A stretch of DNA of 46,236 bases from Chiloscyllium plagiosum (taxonomy: Eukaryota), in NCBI RefSeq assembly GCF_004010195.1, contig NC_057720.1, positions 3,063,425 through 3,109,660 of the forward strand, written 5' to 3'. The translations under genes were made by a program, and so were the position numbers. Below are positions 1 through 10,242 of the stretch, piece after piece; within the stretch, counting starts at the first letter, position 1, and each line of letters begins with the position of its first letter. The notes under the pieces are model-generated. The model did no database searches, was not told the DNA's origin, and saw only the letters and a program-made list of their open reading frames with translations.

Positions 1-1460
1 CTCCACACTGCCAAGAATCCTATCCTTAATCCTGTACTCAGCTTTCAAATTCAACCTTCCAAAATGCATCACCTCGCATTTATCCAGGTTGAACTCCATC
101 TGCCACCTCTCAGCCCATCTCTGCAAGTTTCCATTTGATCCCCCCTCATTCTTCTGAACTCCAGCACGTAGAGGCCCAGAAACCTCAACCACTCCTCATG
201 TGACACACCGTTCATCTCTGGGATCATTCTGGTAAACCTCCTCTGGATCCCCTTCAAGGCCAGCACATCCTTTCTTAGATACAGGGACCAAAACTGCTTA
301 CAATATTCCGAATGCATTCTGACCAGAGCCTTGTATTTGCCTTCCTAACTGCCAACTGAACCTGTATCTTAACCTTATGAGAATCCTGAGCTAGGTTTGC
401 CAAGTTCCTTTGTGTTTCAGATTTCCGAAGTCTTTCCCATTTTAGAAATTGCCTCTATTCTTCCAAGCAAGGTGAGATAGAGTCACAGAAACAGACCCAT
501 TCCAAGCAGATATCCTAAATTAATCTAGTCTGAACTATAACCTGGTGTTGTGTGGTTTTTAACTCTATAGTTTACTGTCTTCTGCCTCTCTTTTCTTAAA
601 CATGAGTGTTACATTAGCCATTTTCCATTCTTCTGGGATCTTCTCTGACTCCAGTGATTCCTGAAAGATCACCACCAATGCCTCTTCAATCTCCTCCGAT
701 ATGTCCTTCAGAACCCTGAGGTCTAATCCATCTGTTCCAGGTGATTTATCCACCTTCAGACTTTTCAGCTTCCCCAGCACCTCTTCCTTAGTGATGACTG
801 CTACACTCACCTCTGTCCCTGAATCTATTGAAAAGTTCTGGGATGCTGCTGATGTCTTCCACTCTGGAAACTGATGTAAAGCACCTATTCAGTTCCTCGG
901 CATTTCTTTGCTCCCCATTACTACTCCCCATTTTCCAGCAGCCCAATATTCACTCTTGCCTCTCTCTTACCTTTCATATCTCTAAAAAGCTCTCGCAATC
1001 TTGCTCTCATGCTTCATCTTCTGTATTGCTTTTAAGTTATTTCTTGCTGGTTTTTAAAGGCATCTCAATCCTCTGACTTCCCATTAATCCTCACCACATT
1101 GTATGCTGTTCCTTTTGTTTTTAAGCTATTCCTAACTTCCATTGTCAGCTTTGGTTGCCTTGTCCTCACCTTAATATGTTTTTTCTTCCTTGAGATGAAT
1201 TTCTGCTGTGCCTCTTGAATTACCCCAGGAACCCCTGCCATTGCTGCTCCACTATCCTCCCTGCTTGGCTCCCCTTCCAGCCAACTCCGGCCAGCTCCTC
1301 CCTCATGTCTCTATAGTTGCCTTTACTCCATTATTTTATTGTTATATCTGATTGCAGCTTCTCCCTCTCAAACTGCAGGGTGAATTCGATCATAGTCTGG
1401 TCACTGCCCCCTAGTGGTTCCCTCGCCTTCAGCGCCCGAATCCACTACTGCCTCATTCCA
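1..1460 (-). mobile_element. Decayed CR1 LINE ORF2 fragments, with small nested CR1 3' end and Penelope end (~477-565)
   Basis: ORF track: KVDKSPGTDGLDLRVLK..PEEWKMANVTLMFKK and QFWSLYLRKDVLALKGIQRRFTRMIP. Confidence 0.85.
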
Positions 1461-1689
1461 CATCACCGAGAATAAATGGTCAAATTAGAAACAATCACCA
1501 ACCAATTAACTTAAGGTTTACCAGTGATGACGCTCTTTTGTGCTGGGCCCTGATCCTGGACTTCAATTTAAATTGTTTTAAAAAAAAACCTGACAAATTA
1601 TGAGCCAAAAAAAAAGCAAACCAGAGGCTGTCTTTCCCTCTGCACTGAATTCCCACACTGCTCCCAAATCCCATACAATATACTCATTC

Positions 1690-1884
1690 TGGCTGTGTCA
1701 CGCTGTGGCTGTGTCTCGCTGTGGCTGTGTCTCGCCGTGGCTGTGTCTCGCCGTGGCTGTGTCACGCCGTGGCTGTGTCTCACTGTGGCTGTGTCTCACT
1801 GTGGCTGTCTCTCACTGTGGCTGTGTCTCAGTGTGGCTGTGTNNNNNNNNNNNNNNNNNTCTCACTGTGTCTGTCTCTCACTGT
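1690..1884. repeat. 16-bp minisatellite (ctgtggctgtgtctcr)n running into a gap
   Basis: About ten or more visible tandem units, flanked by N runs. Confidence 0.9.
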
Positions 1885-2384
1885 NNNNNNNNNNNNNNNN
1901 NNNNNNNNNNNNNNNNNNNNNNNNNNNNNNNNNNNNNNNNNNNNNNNNNNNNNNNNNNNNNNNNNNNNNNNNNNNNNNNNNNNNNNNNNNNNNNNNNNNN
2001 NNNNNNNNNNNNNNNNNNNNNNNNNNNNNNNNNNNNNNNNNNNNNNNNNNNNNNNNNNNNNNNNNNNNNNNNNNNNNNNNNNNNNNNNNNNNNNNNNNNN
2101 NNNNNNNNNNNNNNNNNNNNNNNNNNNNNNNNNNNNNNNNNNNNNNNNNNNNNNNNNNNNNNNNNNNNNNNNNNNNNNNNNNNNNNNNNNNNNNNNNNNN
2201 NNNNNNNNNNNNNNNNNNNNNNNNNNNNNNNNNNNNNNNNNNNNNNNNNNNNNNNNNNNNNNNNNNNNNNNNNNNNNNNNNNNNNNNNNNNNNNNNNNNN
2301 NNNNNNNNNNNNNNNNNNNNNNNNNNNNNNNNNNNNNNNNNNNNNNNNNNNNNNNNNNNNNNNNNNNNNNNNNNNNNNNNNNNN
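1885..2384. other. Assembly gap
   Basis: N run (a short N run also at 1843-1859). Confidence 1.
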
Positions 2385-2920
2385 GGACAGTCCCTCCATA
2401 CCCAGTATCAGCTGAGGGAATGTTCTCTTCACTGTCTCCAATATCAGTCTCTTTCCTGAGATAAGAGACCCAAACTTCTCTCCAGTATTCCAGCTGCCGT
2501 CTGACTGATGGCTTGAGTAGTTTTAGCAAAGCCTCCCTACTCTTACCCCTGTTCCCTTTTGCAATAAAGGCCAGCACTCCATTTGCCGTCCCTATTACCC
2601 ACTGAACTTGGATGCTAACTTGTCATGGTTTATGGATGAAGGCTGTCCAATCCTTGAGTGCTACAGCTTCCTGCAGTCTTTTCCAACTGGATAATAATCA
2701 GCTCCTCCATTCTTTCTGTCAATTTATGTTCTATCTGTTAAGTCTTTCCCAATCTCTTTTAACCTCTCTATATCCTTGTGTAGACTCTTTGTGTCATCCT
2801 ACCTATATCTGTGCGCCATTCACAAACCTGGCTACAGTACATTCCCTTTGCTCATCCAACCCATTAATACAGATGATACATAACTGTGGCCTCAGCACTG
2901 ATCCCTCTGCAACTCCACAG
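2385..2920 (-). mobile_element. CR1 ORF2 RT fragment
   Basis: MLAFIAKG..SREALLKL..VRRQLEYW..WVSYLRK. Confidence 0.8.
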
Positions 2921-3290
2921 GTGTCTGTGTGAGTGTGACTGTGTGTGTGAGAGTCTCTTGTGTGTAAATGTGTGTGTCTTGTGTGTCTGTGACAGTGTGT
3001 GTCTGTGTGTTTTGTATGTGTACGAAAGTGAGTGTGTGTGTGTGAGAGTGCGAGTGTGTGTCTCTATGTGTGTGTCTGTGTGTGTCTCAATGTCTATGTG
3101 TATGTGTGTCTTGTGTGTGTCTGTGTGTGTACGAAAGTGTGTGTGTCTTTCGGAGTGTGTGTTTATCTGTGTGTCTGTATTTGTGTGTGTGAATGTGTGT
3201 GTTTGTGAGAAAGAGAGTGAATGTGTGTCTGTGTGTGTGAGAGAGAGAGTGTGTGTGTCTGTGGGTGAGAGGATGTGTCTGTGTGTGAGC
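2921..3290. repeat. Degenerate (TG)n/(GA)n microsatellite
   Basis: Visible dinucleotide repeat. Confidence 0.95.
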
Positions 3291-4083
3291 NNNNNNNNNN
3301 NNNNNNNNNNNNNNNNNNNNNNNNNNNNNNNNNNNNNNNNNNNNNNNNNNNNNNNNNNNNNNNNNNNNNNNNNNNNNNNNNNNNNNNNNNNNNNNNNNNN
3401 NNNNNNNNNNNNNNNNNNNNNNNNNNNNNNNNNNNNNNNNNNNNNNNNNNNNNNNNNNNNNNNNNNNNNNNNNNNNNNNNNNNNNNNNNNNNNNNNNNNN
3501 NNNNNNNNNNNNNNNNNNNNNNNNNNNNNNNNNNNNNNNNNNNNNNNNNNNNNNNNNNNNNNNNNNNNNNNNNNNNNNNNNNNNNNNNNNNNNNNNNNNN
3601 NNNNNNNNNNNNNNNNNNNNNNNNNNNNNNNNNNNNNNNNNNNNNNNNNNNNNNNNNNNNNNNNNNNNNNNNNNNNNNNNNNNNNNNNNNNNNNNNNNNN
3701 NNNNNNNNNNNNNNNNNNNNNNNNNNNNNNNNNNNNNNNNNNNNNNNNNNNNNNNNNNNNNNNNNNNNNNNNNNNNNNNNNNNNNNNNNNNNNNNNNNNN
3801 NNNNNNNNNNNNNNNNNNNNNNNNNNNNNNNNNNNNNNNNNNNNNNNNNNNNNNNNNNNNNNNNNNNNNNNNNNNNNNNNNNNNNNNNNNNNNNNNNNNN
3901 NNNNNNNNNNNNNNNNNNNNNNNNNNNNNNNNNNNNNNNNNNNNNNNNNNNNNNNNNNNNNNNNNNNNNNNNNNNNNNNNNNNNNNNNNNNNNNNNNNNN
4001 NNNNNNNNNNNNNNNNNNNNNNNNNNNNNNNNNNNNNNNNNNNNNNNNNNNNNNNNNNNNNNNNNNNNNNNNNNNNNNNNNNN
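3291..4083. other. Assembly gap
   Basis: N run. Confidence 1.
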
Positions 4084-4338
4084 CTGTCCCCATGACCTGT
4101 CCTACCTGCCAATCTCCCTTCCTATCTATCCGCTTCACCCTCCCCTCTGACCTATCACCTCCATCCCCACCCCCATTCACCTATCGTACTCTTTGCTACC
4201 TTCTCCCCAGCCCAACCACCCCCCTCCCCATTTATCTCTCCATCCCCAAGGTTTCCAGCCACATTCCTGATGAAGGGCTCCGGCTCCTCAGATGCTGCCT
4301 GACCCGTTGTGCTTTTCTAGCACCACACTAATCTTGAT
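4084..4338 (+). mobile_element. Penelope family B 3' end/pLTR, internally deleted
   Basis: attcctgatgaagggc...gatgctgcctgacc..gtgcttttctagcaccacact; same family as 42940-43517. Confidence 0.7.
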
Positions 4339-4339
4339 G

Positions 4340-6000
4340 CCAAAAGGGAAGAGCCCATGGGATCCAAGGCAGCATTTGCAAACTGGATCTAAAACTGGAT
4401 TCCAAATGGAGACACGGGGTGAATGGGGGAGGAACGGTTTTGTAATCAGGAGCCTGCGACCAGTGGTGTACCACAGGGATCGGTGCTAGGACATTTTCTG
4501 ATTGTTGTGTACATTAATGTCTTGGATGTGAATATAGAAGATAATTAGTAAGTTTGCAGACGACACAAAAATGGGTGGGTGTTGTTGATAGGGAGGAGGA
4601 TGGTCTCGGCTACAGTCTGATATTGATCAGCTGGTAAACTGGGCAGAGCCATGGCAACTGGAACCTCATCCTGATAAGTGTGAGGTAATGCATTTCGGGT
4701 GGTCTAATGAGGAAAGGTAGGTCCCTAAGGAGTACGGAGGAACAAGGGACCATGGTGTACATGTCCATCCATCCCTGAAGAGAGCAGGCATATGGGATAC
4801 TGGCCTTCATTACCCAGGGCATGGAATACAGGGGCAAGGAAGATCTTGTTACAACTTTATACAGCCTTGGGTAGGCTACAGCTGGAAGACTGTGTGTGCA
4901 GGACTGGTCGCCACTCACTTAGAAGGAGCTGATTGCACTGGAGAAAGTGCAGAAGAGATTCACCGGGATGTTACCTGCAGTGGAAAGTCTTAGTTATGGA
5001 TAGGCTGGGTTTGTTTTCCCTGGATCAGAAGGGGTTGCAGGACGGATACAAATTCTGAGAGGCAGAGACAGAATAGATTGTGCAAATCTCTTCCTCGTGG
5101 CAGATGTATATAAGGCCAATGGCATCAGATTCAGGTGAGGGGCAAGTGATTTCAGGGAGATCTGAGAAAAGATTTCTTCACCCAAGAGGGCAGTAGAAAT
5201 GTGCTGCCTGAGAGGGTGGTGGAGGCAGGGACTCTCTTAGCATCGGAGCAGCATCTGGGTGTGCATTTACAATGCCAGGCTATGCAGCTAAATGAGATGA
5301 GTGTAGTTTGGTGTTTGTGGGCCGAAGGGCCTGTTTCTATGCTTTATGACTTTAATCGGGGAATAGAGTGCTAGAGAGAGAGGCACTGCTGAACTTAAAT
5401 AAGACAATATTAGACCTCGGTTGTAGGTACCACATTACAGGAGAGATAGGAATGTATTAGAGAGTGCAGGCAGAAGTGATTTACAAGAATGGTTCCAGAC
5501 GCCAGATACTTCAGTGATGAGGGAAGATTGGGCAGGTGGGGCTAGTTTAGTTTGGGATTATGTTTGGCACGGATTGGTTGGACTGAAGGGCCTGTTTCTA
5601 TGCTGACTCGATGACTCTAAGTTAGACAATTCACTTGGAGAGGAGCAGGTTAGGAAGAGATCTGATAGGTGTATTCAAAATCATGGAGTATTGAGATGGA
5701 TGCTGCACTTTCAGCACAGTCCGGAGGTGGTGAGTGACTTCAGTCCATGTCGAATAGCTGGGATTGGTCTCCTTAGCATGGGGAAAGTTAAGGGAAGATT
5801 TAGTTGAAGTGTTCAAAGTTTTGAAGGGTTTTGATGGAGAAACTGCCAAAGCAGAAGAGTTTGCAATCAGAAGGCATGGATTTGAGGTAATAAATACAAG
5901 AGTCAGGCGAAAGATGAGGAGAAACTATGTGAGGAACAGCAAGGAATGTTGAGAATAGAAAAGCCTTTTTTGTCACAAGCACTGGAATGCATGCTGTGAA
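4340..6000 (+). mobile_element. Decayed CR1 ORF2 (RT) and several CR1 3'-end fragments
   Basis: gtaccacagggatcggtgct (VPQGSVL), aagtttgcagacgacac (KFADDT), gggcctgtttctatgct tails. Confidence 0.8.
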
Positions 6001-6409
6001 AAGATTGTAATGTCACCTCTTGGCACCATCTGAACCCAGTTACAGATACTTTGTGCTGTTACAGAATTGATATAGTAAAAAAAAATAGACTGGCATGGGA
6101 AAACAGAGTTTAAAAGTCCAGAATGAGAATAAAAGGTGTCTTCAAAGTATTTGTGTTATAATCCTTTTTCACTGAGTCCGTGCCCACCAAGCTTCAGAAC
6201 ACGAGACCCTGCTGCCTCCATGCTCTGGCCTCCATCCAGGACTCACCTCCAGGATTCATCCCCCCACCCCACCCACCCCGACCAGCATGTGCCCGCTGTG
6301 CTCCCACTCCAGCTCTGGCCATGACTCGCTCTGCTCCCAGTCTGACTGCGACTTGTTTCCGGGACTTGGCGTCTACTCGCTGTGCTCCCACTCCAGCTGT
6401 GACCGTAAT

Positions 6410-6622
6410 TGTAACAGGGTCAGCCAGATGGTCCTCATAGAATGGGAATTCCCTGATTGGGACTGTTAATCAGTTCCAGTCAGGGAGTCCTGGCTGACAG
6501 ATAAGATGGGTGGCTGTCAGAGATATTGACACTCTGGTACCTGACTCTGAATGAGGCCGGAATAAAGTCATAGACTGTTCCTGTGTAAATAAGGGGAGAC
6601 TTGGTGATGTGGAGATATTTCT
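6410..6622 (+). mobile_element. Probable solo LTR (Gypsy-like)
   Basis: Starts TGTAAC, internal hairpin tccctgattgggactg..cagttccagtcaggga, AATAAA, ends near atttc; family recognised from memory only. Confidence 0.5.
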
Positions 6623-7854
6623 GAATGAAGCTAATATGATAGTCCTTCAAAGATAGGCTATATGGCCTCTAGTTGAACTATACCTGTCATTGACTCTAAA
6701 GATCTCAATAGACAATAACCTAATTACAACCAATCCAAATACAAATGGCTAGAATTTTCAAATCACAGTAATTGAGTTGAGAGAGTTAAGGGGTTAATTT
6801 CTATTAATTTGCTTGTTGCAAAACTGATCTAAGCCTGGACATTTGAACAGTTCCCATTCTCCGTCCTGGTTTTGTGCTGAAGGCTCTGAAGTCAAATTTA
6901 AACATAATGCCTGAATTGATGTCAAAACTCTGTGATGTGTTCTCGCCCACAGACCTGTCCTTGTTCATCCCTGGGTTAATGTAGCGAGGGTGGGTGGAAG
7001 TGAAGAGATTTTTGAGTCAGATCTGAAAGCACATGAAGAAAGAGTGACCCTAACTGGGTCACTTGCTCCAAGTACCAGTGCAGCAGGAAGGAGACCCTGA
7101 GTTAATCAGTTTCTGTAACAAAATACACGTTTCAGCAGCGGCTGCTGGATACTTCATCCCAAATGGACAAGCTTTCTCTTTGTGTTGATAGTCTTTAACT
7201 TTCAATATTAAGGATAAAAAGTATAAATTACCATATTTTTAGCTAAGGACTGCACATGAGACAAGTATCAGCCCTGAGCTATATTCTTTAATTGTTTAAA
7301 TTTGATGGTATGAGAAATATGTGTTGGCTGGTCATATTGAATTTATGACTGGCCTGCAGTGTTTAGTTCCAAAGTTTTATTTTACTTTGAAGATTGACAC
7401 ATTTATTTACTTGACATTTTTTTACATATATAACGTGACTCTTTTTAATGATGAGGCCCAAAACCTTCTTAAAGGATTTATTGAAGCAATGTATTCGCAG
7501 GGTTATGTTCGGTAAGTTCTGCTCTTGGATGAACTTTTCATCTCATCGTATTGCTTATTATTCTGGTCATTTGAATTCCCTGTTCACCAGAGGACATCTC
7601 CAATGGTCTGGATAAATGTCAGCGCCTTGTTAAAATATAGAGTGTAGCATTTCCCACATAAACCCACCCCAACTATTTCCCATCCTTAATTGCCCTCGAA
7701 CTGCACACAGAACTGGCTTGACAGAGGGTGATGGTGGAGGGTTGCTTTTCAGACTGGACGCCTCTGACCAGTGGAGTGCCACAAGGATCAGTGCTGGATC
7801 CACTGCATTTTGTCATTTATGTCAATGATTTGGTTGTGAACATAGGAGGAATAG

Positions 7855-8477
7855 GTTAAAAGTCACACAACACAAGGTTATAGTCCATATGAAAGCTTTG
7901 CAAATTACATATTTTAAGATTAGATTCCCTACACTGTGGAAACAGGCCCTTCAGCCCAACCAGTCCACACAGACCCTCTGAAGAGTAACCCACCCAGACC
8001 CATTTCTCTCTGACTAATGCACCTAACACCATGGGCAATTTAGCTTGGCCAATTCAGCTGACCTGCATATCTTTGGACTGTGGGAGGAAACCGGAGCACC
8101 CGGAGGGTACCCACACAGACACAGGTAGAACATGCAAACTCCACACAGACAATCGACCAAGGCTGGAATTGAACCTTGGGCCCTGGTGCTGTGAGGCAGC
8201 AGTGCTAACCACTGAGCCACCGTGCCGCCTATGAAAGAACTGAAACCAACATGGTCATTCTAAAAGACGAGAGACTTAACAAACAATCCAGGTCTTTTTC
8301 AACATATAATTTCAGTTACATCACACTGTAAATTCTGAGTCTTACAATCTTATTCTCCACAACCCCTGAGGAAGGAGCAGTGCTCCGAAAGTTAGTGCTT
8401 CAAAATAAACCTGTTGGACCTGGTGTTGTGTGATTTTTAACTTCATCCACCCCGGTCCAACACCAGCTCCTCCACAC
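7855..8477 (+). mobile_element. Penelope family A element with short inverted 5' arm
   Basis: gttaaaagtcacacaacac.. inverted versus ..tgttgtgtgatttttaac; cataggag duplicated at 7841 and 8478. Confidence 0.7.
7917..8229 (-). mobile_element. HE1-type tRNA-derived V-SINE
   Basis: Minus strand GGCGGCACGGTGGCTCAGTGGTTAGCACTGCTGCCTCAC head with A/B boxes; (AATCT)n tail shared with CR1. Confidence 0.9.
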
Positions 8478-8795
8478 CATAGGAGAGAGAGTTAGTACAT
8501 TTGCAGATGACTCCAAAATTGGAGGTGTAGCAAAGAAGGTTACCTCACAGTACAATGGGATCTTGATCAGATGGGCCATGGGCTGAGGAGTGGCAGATGG
8601 AGTTTCATTTAGATAAATGCGAGGTGCTGCATTTTGGAAAGTCAAATCAGTGCAGGAGTTATACACTTAATGGTAAGGTCCTGGGGAGTGTTGCTGAACA
8701 AAGAGACCATGCAGTGCAGGTTCATAGCTCCTTGAAAGTAAAGTCATGGATAAACAGGATAGTGAAGAAGGCATTTGGTATGCTTGCCATTATTG

Positions 8796-8994
8796 ATGAT
8801 GTGAGGTGCTGGTGATGGACTGGGGTGCACAAAGTTAAAAATCACGCAACACCAGCTGATAGTTCAACAGGTTTATTTGGAAGCACTAGCTTTCGGAGCA
8901 CTGCCCCTTCATCAGGTGGTTATGGAGCAGGATCGTAACACTCAGGATTTATAGTGCCATGCATGCAACAGAAACAACATATTGAACAAACCTA
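8796..8994 (-). mobile_element. Penelope family A pLTR fragment
   Basis: ggactggggtg.acaaagttaaaaatcac..ggaagcactagctttcggagc; tattg on both flanks. Confidence 0.75.
8884..8918 (-). ncRNA. Minimal hammerhead motif (family A)
   Basis: Minus strand CAC-CUGAUGA-A-GGGGC-agu-GCUCC-GAAA-GC-UA-GUG. Confidence 0.65.
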
Positions 8995-9048
8995 TATTGG
9001 TCAGAGCATTAAGTATAGGAAGTCATGTCGTGACTGTACAGGACATTT

Positions 9049-9361
9049 ATTAGATTAGATTCCCTACAGTATGGAAACAGGCCCTTCGCCCGTCAAGTCC
9101 ACACTGGCTTTCTGAAGAGTAACCCACCCAGACCCATTCCCTTACCCTATATTTACCCCTGACTAATGCACTAAACACTATGGGGCAATTTAGCATGGCC
9201 AATTCACCCGACTTGCACATCTTTGGACTGTGGGAGGAAACCCACACAGACACGGGGAGAATGTGCAAACTCCACACAGATAGTTGCCAGAAGCAGGAAT
9301 TAAACCCAAGTCCCTGGCACTGTGAGGCAGCAGTGCTAACCACTGAGCCACCATGCCACCC
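9049..9361 (-). mobile_element. HE1-type V-SINE
   Basis: Same head and tail as 7917-8229. Confidence 0.9.
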
Positions 9362-9914
9362 ATATTGGAATATTGTGTGCAATTGTGGTCACTCTCTTAT
9401 TGGAAGGATGTTGTGAAACTTGAAATGGTTCAGAAAGGATTTACAAGGATGTTGCCAGGGTTGGAGGATTTGAGCCAAAGGGAGAGGCTGAACAGGCTGG
9501 GGCTGTTTTCCCTGGAACATCGGAGGCTGAGGGGTGACCTTATAGAGGTTTACAAGAATATGTGGCGCATGAATAGGATAAATAGACAAAGTCTTTTTCC
9601 TGCGGTCGGGGAGTCCAGAACTAGAGGGCATAGGTTTAGGGTGAGAAGGGAAAGATTGAAAAGGGACCTAAGGGGCAACGTTTTCACACAGAGGGTGGTA
9701 CGTGTTCGGAATGAGCTGCCAGAAGATGTGGTGGAGGCTGGTACAATTGCAACATCTAAAAGGCATCTGGATAAGTACATGAATAGGAAGGGTTTAGACG
9801 GATATGGGCCAAGTGCTGGGCAATGGGATGAGATTAGGTTAGGATATTTGGTCAGCATGGCCGAGTTGGGCCGAAGGGTTTGTTTCTGTGTTGTACAACT
9901 CTGATTCTATATCT

Positions 9915-10210
9915 CTGTAACTGAATGCCTGTGGGAATCCCTCACACTGCTGTGAGTCTGGAGTCACTTTGTAGGTCAGACCAGATAAGGATGGCAGTTT
10001 CCTTCCCTGAAGGACATCAGTGACCCAAACGGGGTGTGATGGCAATTGATGAGCATGGTCACTACTGTGGAGACTATCGATCAATTTCAGATTTGTTCAT
10101 TTAATTAACATATCATCAGCTGTTATGATGAGATTTGAACCCCTGTGCCCAGAATATTAGCCGAAGATTCTTAGTGCCTCGTCCTGTGACATTATCACTA
10201 CCATTACCCG
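9915..10210 (-). mobile_element. Deu-SINE (SacSINE1/AmnSINE1-like) remnant
   Basis: ctggagtcac..gtaggtcagaccag.taaggatggcagtttccttccctgaaggacatcagtgaccca; recurs at 12710-12950, 20008-20480 (+) and 27888-28630. Confidence 0.6.
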
Positions 10211-10242
10211 ATAATCCTGAAAAGCCAGGAATTAGGAGAAAA

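Larger units (their letters stand above)
7720..9905 (+). mobile_element. CR1 LINE 3' half (RT) interrupted by nested insertions
   Basis: GVPQGSVL and FADD motifs; ORFs 8597-8815 and 9353-9904 ([25 protein letters not shown]). Confidence 0.9.

Noticed and set aside
1690..1884. Regular repeats resembling a CRISPR array
   Set aside because: Head-to-tail 16-mers with no unique spacers, in a vertebrate context with no cas genes
1600..4331. Long ORFs of 247-481 aa in the ORF track
   Set aside because: Artefacts of N gaps plus minisatellite and (TG)n repeats
6180..6440. GC-rich ORFs with a repeated 21-mer cgctgtgctcccactccagct (6294-6314, 6378-6398)
   Set aside because: Degenerate local tandem repeat next to an LTR-like element; no recognisable protein or convincing splice pair
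7321..7515. 64-aa ORF ending at a gtaagt donor-like site
   Set aside because: Non-ATG start, AT-rich, no family resemblance, no partner exons
9353..9904. 183-aa ORF as a host gene
   Set aside because: C-terminus of CR1 ORF2; the start is supplied by an adjacent SINE
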